Assembly (NCBI GenBank): GCA_040755455.1 | Contig: JBFMAY010000059.1 | Location: 1 to 16,478 of the forward strand | Reading direction: 5' to 3' | Length of the DNA stretch: 16,478 nucleotides | DNA from: Thermodesulfobacteriota bacterium | GTDB lineage: Bacteria; Desulfobacterota; Desulfobulbia; Desulfobulbales; SURF-16 | Shown: piece after piece, positions 9,124 to 16,478 of the stretch | How positions within the stretch are numbered: the first letter of the stretch is position 1 | Layout of the letters: every line of letters starts with the position of its first letter | Notes under the pieces: model-generated | The model's input: only the letters and a program-made list of their open reading frames with translations | Database searches by the model: none | Told to the model about the DNA's origin: nothing | Made by a program: the position numbers and the translations under genes

Positions 9124-9719
9124 TTGAGCTCCTCCAGGGCCTTTGCGCATTTGGCCAGCACCAGTTCGGCGATGGTTTTCCGGGAAAAATCACCGCCTTT
9201 GACCATCTCCCGGGCGGCGTTGATCAGCCCGGTGCGCAGTTTTCGCTCTCTTGCCGCCTCGGCCGCCTGAGTGAGCTTTGCCCGCAGGTTCGCGGCCGGG
9301 ATATTTTCGGCCAGGCCCAGGGGCCCGAGCTGGCCCACCTGTTTGGTGAAGGCGGTGATGATTTTGACGAAATTGGGGCCTTCCGCCGCCGAGGCCCAGT
9401 CAATGAGAAAACGCTCCCGGCTGACGCCGACTCGCGTCAGCATTGCGTGGACCAGGGCGGAGCTCGCCAGGGCATGATAGTTGCCGTCCTGATAGTGGCA
9501 TTCGCCGGGATGGCAGCCGCCGACAAAGACCCCGTCGGCGCCGCTGGCCAGGGCCTCCAGCGGAAAGGAGGGGTCAAGGCGGCCGGTGCACATGATGCGG
9601 ATGACCCGCAGGTTGGGGGGGTATTGATAACGGCCCACCCCGGCCGAATCAGCCGCCGTATAGCAGCACCAGTTGCAGAGAAAGCCCAGGATTTTCGGAT
9701 GATAGTGTTCGTTGGTCAT
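9114..9719 (-). CDS. mvhD: MvhD/FlpD-family [2Fe-2S] subunit with C-terminal extension, 201 aa
   Basis: PKILGFLCNWCCYTAAD, RVIRIMCTGR, GADGVFVGGCHPGECHY..GN, ERFLIDWASAAEG. ATG 9719 lies 1 nt after the hdrA stop, with an AGGAG RBS inside the hdrA 3' end. Confidence 0.93.
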   Translation of the reverse strand: MTNEHYHPKILGFLCNWCCYTAADSAGVGRYQYPPNLRVIRIMCTGRLDPSFPLEALASGADGVFVGGCHPGECHYQDGNYHALASSALVHAMLTRVGVSRERFLIDWASAAEGPNFVKIITAFTKQVGQLGPLGLAENIPAANLRAKLTQAAEAARERKLRTGLINAAREMVKGGDFSRKTIAELVLAKCAKALEELNSL

Positions 9720-9720
9720 G

Positions 9721-12700
9721 TTATTCTCCTTTTCCGGCAAAGGCATGAATCTGGGAGCGGATGCCTGCCAGGGTAAAGCGGCCCATGTCGATGGCCATGG
9801 CCGGACAGCGGGCCGCACACACGCCGCAGCCCTTGCAGGATGCCGTCAGGGTGCGGGCCTTGCGCAGCTTGCCTTGCTTGTAGATGTCGATTGCCTTGTA
9901 CGGGCAGAATGCCTGGCAGGCGCCGCAGCCGATGCATAATTCAGGGTCAATCTGGGAAACGATGGGTTCCGGCACGATGCTGCCGCGGGCCAGGGGCTGG
10001 CAGGCGCGGCCTGCCGCCGCCTGGGCCTGGGCAATGGTCTCATCCATGGTTTTCGGGGAGTGGGCCAGGCCGCAGACATAGACGCCGTCCACCGGCAGGT
10101 CCACCGGCCGCAGCTTGACATGGGCCTCCAGGAAAAAATTCTCCGCCGTGACCGGCACCTTGAGCATTTTTGCCTGTATGGATGGGTCCTCGGGAACAAT
10201 GCCCACGGCCAGCACCACGAGATCCGCTGCCAGTTCCACCTCTTCGCCCAGCAGGGGATCATGGGCCTTAACATGAATCCGGCTGTTTTTTGTCGTATCC
10301 TTGCTGGCCACCGGCGGCCTGTCCGGGGTGTAACGGATAAAGACCACCCCCTGCTCCCTCGCCTTACGGTACAGGTTTTCCTGGAAGCCATAGGCGCGCA
10401 TGTCACGGTAGAAAATGGTGATGGCGAGATCGGGCTGGACGGCCTTGAGGCGCAGGGCGTTTTTGACCGCCTGGCCGCAGCAGACCCGGCTGCAGTAGGC
10501 AAGATCCTCCCCCCGGGAGCCGACGCACTGGATCATCACCACCTGTCTGGTCCCTTTAGCCAGGGGCCGGGACGAGGCAAGGCGCTTTTCCAGCTCAAGC
10601 TGGGTCAGGACCCGGTCGGACTGGCCGTAAAGATACTGGCGCGGCGCATACGGCCGGCCGCCGGTGGCCAGGATGATGACGCCGTGGTTCACCACTTCGC
10701 TGCCGTGACCCGTGTCAATGGCGGAGGTGAAGTTGCCCACATGGCCCGAGGTGCTGGCCACCGTTGCCTTGGTATGGGTGGTGATGCGCGGATGCCGGCG
10801 CACCTGCCGGACCAGCCCGGCGATCAGCTCCCGGGGGTTGTTGCCGGACCTGTCTGCCGTGAGCAGCAGGCCGCGGCCGCCCAGCTCTTGGTCCTTTTCC
10901 ACCAGGGTGCAGGCAAAGCCCTGCTCCGCTATGGCCAGCGTCGCAGTGAGGCCGGCGAGTCCCCCGCCCACCACCAGGGCCGAGGGGGTCACCGGCAGCT
11001 CCTGCTCGGCCAGCGGCACCAGATGGGCGGCCTTGGCCACGGCCATGCGCACCAGGTCGCTGGCCTTGGCTGTGGCTGCCTCTGGTTCATGCATATGCAC
11101 CCAGGAGCACTGGTCGCGGATGTTGGCCATCTCAAACAGGGAGCGGTTCAGCCCCGCCTCCCGCAGGGTGGCCTGGAAGAGGGGCTCATGGGTGCGGGGC
11201 GTGCAGGCGGCGACCACCACCCGGTTTAAGCGCTGCTCTTTGATGATATCGGTGAGATGTTGCTGGGTGTCCTGGGAGCAGGAATAGAGATTATCGGTGG
11301 CATAGACCACATTGGGCAGGGTGCGGGCGTAATCGCGCACCTTGCGCACATCGACTATTCCCGCGATATTGATGCCGCAGTGACAGACAAAAACGCCGAT
11401 GCGCGGCTCCTCGGCCGTCACGTCCCGTTCCGCCGGATACCGGGCATGGACGATTTCCGTCCCCCGGCCGCCGGCCAGCAGGCCGGAGCAGAGGGCGGCC
11501 GCCCCGCCGGCCTGGGTGACACTGTCCGGAATGTCCTTCGGCCCCTGGAAGGCGCCGATGACATAGATGCCGGGCCGGGACGTTGCCAGGGGGGCATGAA
11601 GATCGGTTGCGGCAAACTGGTAGTTGTTCAGATCAATGCCCGTGGCCTGGGCAATCAGCTCGGCGTCGTCCGGTGATTCCAGGCCCTGGGACAGCACTAC
11701 CATGTCGAAATACTCATAATGGTGCCGGCCGTCGTCGGTGGCGTAGGTGAGCAGCAGGCGTCCGTCGAAAACGTCTTCAACCCGGGGCGGCCGGGCGTAG
11801 ACCACCCGGAAGTTGTTTTCCGTTGCTGCCCGCTCCCGCGCCGCATCAAAACCCTTGCCGTGGGTGCGCACATCCATGTAGAATAGGGTGATTTCCGCCG
11901 CCGGGTCATGCTCCCTGGCAAGCGAAGCCTGCTTGATGGCGTACATGCAGCACACCGATGAGCAGTAATCGTTGCCGCAGGTGCGGTCCCGGGAGCCGAT
12001 GCATTGCAGGAAGGCGATTTTCCTGGGATGTTTTTCATCGGAGGGGCGGACGATGGCGCCATTGGTCGGGCCGCTGGCGCACATCAGCCGTTCATGTTCA
12101 AAGGCGGTGAGGACATCGCTGAACTGCCCCCAGCCATAGCGGGCCAGCACCTCTTTTTTCACCCGGCCGAAGCCCGGGGCCAGCACCACGGCGCCCACCC
12201 CTAGCTCCAGCATCTCCTCCTGCTGGTCAAAACGGATGGCTCCGGCCTGGCAGGCCACGGCGCACAGCCCGCAGGTGGCATGGTTGAGACGCAGGCAGGC
12301 CTTGGGGTCGATGTGGTAACTGGTGGGCACCGCCTGGGAGTAATCGATGTGGGCGGCATGGGTGCTGGAGAGCCTTTCGTTGTATTCGTCGCTGATCTGC
12401 TTCAGACAGTAGAGGGTGCACTGGCCGCAGCCGGTGCAGACCTCCTCGTCAATATAGCGGGGCCGTTTTCTGATGGTGGCGGTGAAATTGCCGGGGCTGC
12501 CCGCCACCTTGATCAGATCGGCATTGGTGATGATGTCGATGTTCGGGTTGCGGCCTGCTTCCACCAGCTTGGGGGCCAGGATGCACAGCGAGCAGTCATT
12601 GGTGGGAAAGGTTTTGTCCAGCCGAGCCATGACCCCGCCGATGGCGGCGGATTTCTCCACCAGATAAACCTTGAGGCCAAGGCCGGTCATGTCAAGTGCG

Positions 12701-12786
12701 GCCTGCACGCCAGCCACGCCGCCGCCCAGGACCAGGACAGAGCCTTTGGTCATGCCGGAAGCGGCGGACGCCGAAGATGTAACCAT
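9721..12786 (-). CDS. hdrA: Long heterodisulfide reductase subunit A family flavoprotein with two FAD modules, 1021 aa
   Basis: Module 1: VLVLGGGVAG, DKTFPTNDCSLCIL, inserted ferredoxin (CTGCGQCTLYC; CGLCAVAC), QCIGSRD..YCSSVCC. Then RIGVFVCHCG..CS..ACTPRTHE..NIRDQCSWVH. Module 2: ALVVGGGLAG, QCVGSR..YCSRVCC, FFLEAHVKLRPVD. C-terminal 2x[4Fe-4S] (CIGCGACQAFCP, CKGCGVCAARCP). Start set to ATG 12786 (AAGGAG RBS). Confidence 0.95.
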   Translation of the reverse strand: MVTSSASAASGMTKGSVLVLGGGVAGVQAALDMTGLGLKVYLVEKSAAIGGVMARLDKTFPTNDCSLCILAPKLVEAGRNPNIDIITNADLIKVAGSPGNFTATIRKRPRYIDEEVCTGCGQCTLYCLKQISDEYNERLSSTHAAHIDYSQAVPTSYHIDPKACLRLNHATCGLCAVACQAGAIRFDQQEEMLELGVGAVVLAPGFGRVKKEVLARYGWGQFSDVLTAFEHERLMCASGPTNGAIVRPSDEKHPRKIAFLQCIGSRDRTCGNDYCSSVCCMYAIKQASLAREHDPAAEITLFYMDVRTHGKGFDAARERAATENNFRVVYARPPRVEDVFDGRLLLTYATDDGRHHYEYFDMVVLSQGLESPDDAELIAQATGIDLNNYQFAATDLHAPLATSRPGIYVIGAFQGPKDIPDSVTQAGGAAALCSGLLAGGRGTEIVHARYPAERDVTAEEPRIGVFVCHCGINIAGIVDVRKVRDYARTLPNVVYATDNLYSCSQDTQQHLTDIIKEQRLNRVVVAACTPRTHEPLFQATLREAGLNRSLFEMANIRDQCSWVHMHEPEAATAKASDLVRMAVAKAAHLVPLAEQELPVTPSALVVGGGLAGLTATLAIAEQGFACTLVEKDQELGGRGLLLTADRSGNNPRELIAGLVRQVRRHPRITTHTKATVASTSGHVGNFTSAIDTGHGSEVVNHGVIILATGGRPYAPRQYLYGQSDRVLTQLELEKRLASSRPLAKGTRQVVMIQCVGSRGEDLAYCSRVCCGQAVKNALRLKAVQPDLAITIFYRDMRAYGFQENLYRKAREQGVVFIRYTPDRPPVASKDTTKNSRIHVKAHDPLLGEEVELAADLVVLAVGIVPEDPSIQAKMLKVPVTAENFFLEAHVKLRPVDLPVDGVYVCGLAHSPKTMDETIAQAQAAAGRACQPLARGSIVPEPIVSQIDPELCIGCGACQAFCPYKAIDIYKQGKLRKARTLTASCKGCGVCAARCPAMAIDMGRFTLAGIRSQIHAFAGKGE

Positions 12787-12801
12787 GTATGTTCTCCTTT
12801 C

Positions 12802-12825
12802 ATGCACCGCCAGCGGTGCATTTTT
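12802..12825. other. Perfect GC-rich inverted repeat immediately upstream of the hdrA RBS
   Basis: ATGCACCGC-CA-GCGGTGCAT (12802-12821), ending in a T5 run (12821-12825) on the plus strand. Confidence 0.6.
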
Positions 12826-13224
12826 ACTTTGGCCGACGACAAAACCCGTCGCGTCGGGCCTCAGCTGAAAGGATTTATTGGCCGGGAAAACAGAGAGGGG
12901 AACGAACGCAGTGAGTTGTCGTCGCATGTTTCAGCCCTGACCGGACTGAACGGACAATGCCGTAATATGCTCAGATATGGTTTGTTAACAGATACAACAC
13001 AATAGCAACTCCTGATAAATGGTTGAGGCTCATGCCGAATGAGACTAAATAACCAAAAAATATCGAAAGGTCTAATTGTTATTTCCTATTGAAAAAGGAG
13101 ATTGATAGGTAGCCTGCCCGGCAGGACAATCCGCATTGAACATTTGCAGAATGTCGGCTGCATAACCTTCACATCTGCAAGGCGCAGAGAACCACGGCGT
13201 GCTTGGCAAACAGGCAGGCCGTTT

Positions 13225-14529
13225 TCACGGCAGATTCACCTCCCGCAGGTCGGGGCCGAAATCGACCCGTTCGTTCGGCCCGAGGATGCCCATGGCCAGC
13301 CCGATGATCGACCAGAGATTGACCGAACGGTAAGCGCCGCCGGCCAGATGCCTGCCCAGGTCTTCAATCTGGGCGTGGCAGTTATGGCACGGGGTGATGC
13401 AGTAGGCGGCCCCGGTGGCCATGATCTGCTCATGTTTCAGCCGGCCGTACTGTAGGCGGGCTTCGTTGTATCCGGACTGGAGATAGCCGCCCCCGCCGCC
13501 GCAGCAGTAATTGTTGGATCTGTTCGGCTCCATGTCGATGAAGTTTTCCTCGCCCACCACGGTTCTGAGCACATAGCGCAGCTCGTCGGCGTAAGGATCG
13601 CCGAGTCCCTTGCGCACCTGGTTGCAAGGGTCCTGCACCGTGAATTTAATCCGCGGCGCCCGGTTCCAGTCGGCGTTGACCTTGAGTTTCCCCTCACGGA
13701 TCCAGCGGGCATAGTATTGGACGATCAGGGCGATATCCAGCGAGGTATCTATGTTGAACCGGCGCACCCCTTCCCGGACCGAAAAGGTGGAATGGCCGCA
13801 CTCGGTATTGAGGTAGACCTTGCACCCCAGTTCCTCGGCCTTGCGGATGGTGGCGGTGGTGATCCGTTGCCAGGCCGGGGTGTCGGCAAGGAACATGCAG
13901 TAGTTCTCGCCGGCCCAGGCGGTGCTGCCATAGGTCCAGTCAGCACCGGCCAGGTGCAGGATCTTCCACAGCGGGATCATCTCATAGGGCAGGGCCACCG
14001 GTTCACGGGAATTCTGGCTGAGGAAGAAATGGGCACCCTGCTTATCGATGGGGGCCTGCAGATCCTGCCAGCCGGGCTGGGTGTCATGCACCTCGGCCAG
14101 CACATCCTCCACCACAAAGCGGAACTCTTCCGGCGGGGTGCCGGTGGCGCTGGTGCTGTCATTGCGCAGGGCCATGTCGCATGAGCCCAGAATGCCTTTC
14201 GGCCGCAGCTCACGGGGCCACAGCTTGCGCGCCTCATAGATCAGCCCGCCGATATTGATCTGCATCGGGCAGACATAGTTGCAGCGCATGCACAGGCTGC
14301 ACATCCACACCCAGGGATGGCCGGCAATGCTGCCGTCCTGGCTTAGTGCCACCAGCCGGACAAACTTCCTCGGGTCCATGTCCGCCAGTCCGCTGGCCGG
14401 GCAGCCGGAGGCGCAGGCGCCGCAGGTGAGACAGAGATTGAAATTACCGCCGGCAGGAAGAATTTCCCGCACCTGATCCATAAAGGTGCTGTTCATTTTT
14501 TTGTCGAATGTTATCAAGGTGTCAGCCAT
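13225..14529 (-). CDS. HdrD/TmcB/HmcF-like (Fe-S)-binding protein: 2x[4Fe-4S] plus CCG domain(s), 434 aa
   Basis: CLTCGACASGCP, CSLCMRCNYVCP, NTECGH, QDPCNQVR, NYCCGGGGG, TPCHNC. Start set to ATG 14529 (AAGGAG RBS). Confidence 0.9.
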   Translation of the reverse strand: MADTLITFDKKMNSTFMDQVREILPAGGNFNLCLTCGACASGCPASGLADMDPRKFVRLVALSQDGSIAGHPWVWMCSLCMRCNYVCPMQINIGGLIYEARKLWPRELRPKGILGSCDMALRNDSTSATGTPPEEFRFVVEDVLAEVHDTQPGWQDLQAPIDKQGAHFFLSQNSREPVALPYEMIPLWKILHLAGADWTYGSTAWAGENYCMFLADTPAWQRITTATIRKAEELGCKVYLNTECGHSTFSVREGVRRFNIDTSLDIALIVQYYARWIREGKLKVNADWNRAPRIKFTVQDPCNQVRKGLGDPYADELRYVLRTVVGEENFIDMEPNRSNNYCCGGGGGYLQSGYNEARLQYGRLKHEQIMATGAAYCITPCHNCHAQIEDLGRHLAGGAYRSVNLWSIIGLAMGILGPNERVDFGPDLREVNLP

Positions 14530-14658
14530 CCTTTCTCCTTTGCGTTCCCTGCTGCTGGTATCCGGGCCTGTTCCCTTTGCGCGTCGCACGCAAGTTATTG
14601 CCTCCCGCTGTTGCCGCAATGTCGTTTCGCGAAACTCGCCCCGTGATTCATCCGGGGG

Positions 14659-14687
14659 AAGATATGGGGTATTTCCCAATATGTCAA
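14659..14687 (-). promoter_or_regulatory. Sigma70-type promoter for the CCG gene with an overlapping palindromic operator candidate
   Basis: Minus strand TTGACA (14687-14682)-N17-TATCTT (14664-14659). Positions 14662-14682 form the imperfect palindrome ATATGGGG-TATTT-CCCAATAT. Confidence 0.65.
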
Positions 14688-14742
14688 ATTGAAAATTCCA
14701 TAGAATATAAAACTCTGACAGCTGAAATAACTGGATAATTTT

Positions 14743-15350
14743 TCAAACTAAAAAATTATTTCCGCCGTTATTCCGTTTTGCCCCCCGGATGATGCCGGGC
14801 CGGCTCCGCTCCGTTACCCTGGCCGGCAGCCGGATCTCGCCCCGCCGGGAGCGGATCGCCACCTCCATGTTGTCGGCTATGCCGAAACGGCCGGCGTCAT
14901 CCGGGTGAATTTCCAGGGTTTCACCGGGAACCAGGTCAGCCAGCCCCTCGCATCTTCTGGTCATGGAGCCGTTGTTGTAATGGGCAAGCCGTCGGCCGGT
15001 TGACCAGCATGAGCGGATACGCCTCATCCGGGCTTTCCAGGGTTTCCACATTGGGGAGCACGGAAAAGCGGCCTCTGCCCCTATGATACGCAGCTGGCGT
15101 TGATGGCAAGCGTTATATCCGCCACGCCGCCCTCCTGTTCGTGGTAGCTGAGGGAAAAGGCGTTAAATTCACAGACCCGCACGCAGCGGTGACAAGCGAT
15201 GCAGCGGCTGGATTCAATGGTGATGAAACGGTGAGCGTCATCGACCCTTGCCGGCATGCGGGTGGGGGGCGTGCGGGTCTGCACCTTGTATTCGTTCAGC
15301 AAGGGCCGCAGATCGAACTTGGCCAGACTATGGTGATAAAAACCTTGCAC
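14743..15350 (-). pseudogene. Collapsed relic of a formate dehydrogenase alpha (FdhF-like) molybdopterin oxidoreductase gene
   Basis: N-terminal Fe-S piece (DDAHRFITIESSRCIACHRCVRVC...CVS, then TAG at 15083-15081 where C of CVSCG is expected). It is joined out of frame to a C-terminal piece GRGRFSV..ESPDEAYPLMLV, then a +1 frameshift near 15001, then TGRRLAHYNNGSMTRR..LEIHPDDA..GI..V.IRSRRGEI...VTERSRPGII. Similarity is lost after about 14788. Confidence 0.85.
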
Positions 15351-15372
15351 TTATTTTTTTTGCAGGTATATT
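15345..15372 (+). promoter_or_regulatory. Candidate sigma70 promoter for speB
   Basis: TTGCAC (15345-15350)-N16-TATATT (15367-15372) in an AT-rich stretch. Confidence 0.4.
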
Positions 15373-15534
15373 TTTTGCCTTCGTTTTTTTTACGTTTCCT
15401 GTCGTTTCTCTATTTGACTGAATCTGCGATGGTTCTGCCTTTAGCTGCTGCCTGGGTTGAGGGCGGCGGCAGGTGCCGTCACAAAAAAATCAGGCGGACA
15501 GGGCCAGGTTGGATTATAAAGAGGGATGGATAAT

Positions 15535-16449
15535 ATGGAAACCTTGCTGCACCGAACAAACAATCCTTATTACCCCGCCCGGCCGGCCGCAAGCCCGCAG
15601 AGCCGCAGTGTGAACCTTATCGGCGCAGGCTTTGACGGCACCGCCTGTTTCCGCAAGGGGGCCAGCGCCGGCCCTGACGCCATTCGCCGGGTGGCTGAAG
15701 ATATTGAAACCTATTCCCCCTATTTTGACATGGACCTTGCCGAGCTGCCGCCATTTTATGATCTGGGCAACCTGGCGGTCGGCGTAAGCGGAGACGGCAA
15801 CGCGGACTGGACAATTGCCCGGCAGTCGTTTGCCAACCTCACCGATTTACGGGATTTTCAGGGGGAATCGATAAAATTGCTGGCCCTGGGCGGGGAACAT
15901 TCGGTATCGTATTTTTTTATCAAAAAATACTTGATGGCCTATGCCGATCTGGTCCTTCTCCATCTTGATGCCCATGCCGATCTGCGTGACGGCTACCAGG
16001 GATACCATTATTCCCACGCCTCGGTCATCAGAAGGTGTCTTGACCATTTCGGCCCCGGCCACCAACTGGCCCAGTACGGCATTCGTTCCGGCACCAGGGA
16101 GGAATTCGTCTGGATGAGGGAACGCAAAACCCTGTATGCCAGTCTGGCCGAATTCTGCGGCTTTGTCGAGGCGCTGCCGGCCGAGCGGCCGGTCTATCTG
16201 ACCCTGGATCTTGATTTTTTCGATCCGGCTTTCCTGCCCGGCACCGGCACCCCGGAGGCAGGGGGTGAGGATTTTCTTTCTTTTATAAAAATTGTCAAGC
16301 TGTTAAAGACAAAGAAACTGGTCGGCGCTGATGTTGTGGAACTGGCGCCCGCCATTGATCCCACCGGTAACAGCGATGTTTTCGCTGCCAAGGTGGTCAG
16401 GGAACTCATTCTTGCTTTGCACGGGGAGGGTACTGGTCATGTTGGATAA
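15535..16449 (+). CDS. speB: Agmatinase (ureohydrolase/arginase family)
   Basis: GPDAIR, LGGEHS, LDAHADLR, YSHAS, GIRSG, DLDFFDPAFLPGTGTPEAGG, DVVELAP. ATG 15535 is better spaced from the GAGGGA RBS than ATG 15526. Substrate is assigned by family resemblance only. Confidence 0.88.
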   Translation: METLLHRTNNPYYPARPAASPQSRSVNLIGAGFDGTACFRKGASAGPDAIRRVAEDIETYSPYFDMDLAELPPFYDLGNLAVGVSGDGNADWTIARQSFANLTDLRDFQGESIKLLALGGEHSVSYFFIKKYLMAYADLVLLHLDAHADLRDGYQGYHYSHASVIRRCLDHFGPGHQLAQYGIRSGTREEFVWMRERKTLYASLAEFCGFVEALPAERPVYLTLDLDFFDPAFLPGTGTPEAGGEDFLSFIKIVKLLKTKKLVGADVVELAPAIDPTGNSDVFAAKVVRELILALHGEGTGHVG

Positions 16450-16478
16450 GCGGAAAAAGACGATTAACGCCAACAGTG
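16439..16478 (+). CDS. 5' end of an unidentified downstream gene overlapping the speB stop (MLDKRKKTINANS...)
   Basis: GGGGAGGG RBS followed 8 nt later by ATG 16439; frame open to the window end; 11-nt overlap with speB. Confidence 0.55.
   Translation, partial: MLDKRKKTINANS

Noticed and set aside
10060..13005. Large plus-strand ORFs opposite hdrA (389 aa, 241 aa and others)
   Set aside because: Antisense shadows in high-GC coding sequence.
13095..13455. AAGGAG followed by TTG ORF 13102..13455 on the plus strand
   Set aside because: SD-to-start spacing is only about 1 nt, and most of the ORF is antisense to the CCG gene.
14590..14603. Sigma54-like GGCA...TTGC upstream of the CCG gene
   Set aside because: GG-to-GC spacing is 9 nt instead of the strictly required 10.
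14910..15046. 13-bp direct repeat TTTCCAGGGTTTC at 14910-14922 and 15034-15046
   Set aside because: Both copies encode ETLE within the FDH relic and do not flank the deletion junction; not a target-site duplication.
15425..15450. GCGATGG...GCC resemblance to a fluoride riboswitch
   Set aside because: The P1 pairing and the downstream GCTRATGAC-type pseudoknot segment are absent.

Overview
Bacterial chromosomal window; gene content suggests an anaerobic Desulfobacterota/deltaproteobacterium (inference). Left arm: groEL (3'-truncated by the window edge), groES and ilvE on the minus strand, then a divergent AI-2E-family transporter and a membrane-bound PAS-GAF-PAS hybrid histidine kinase. The middle (7.8-15.35 kb) is a minus-strand run. 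In transcription order it holds a collapsed formate-dehydrogenase-alpha-like pseudogene, an HdrD/CCG-type Fe-S protein, a ~1020-aa double-module HdrA, an extended MvhD, a HesB/IscA-like protein, an 88-aa 9-Cys orphan ORF and arfB. Right end: agmatinase (speB) and the start of an overlapping downstream gene. No rRNA, tRNA, CRISPR array or transposase was recognised. The most notable observations are: (i) an Hdr module with no HdrBC or hydrogenase in the window, in which the positions often occupied by selenocysteine in relatives are all Cys, next to an FDH relic lacking its catalytic core; (ii) an 8-bp-period degenerate repeat tract with alternative hairpins between mvhD and the hesB-like gene; (iii) a groESL leader with no CIRCE but an 11-bp inverted repeat at the predicted start site. 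Novelty cannot be established without database searches.
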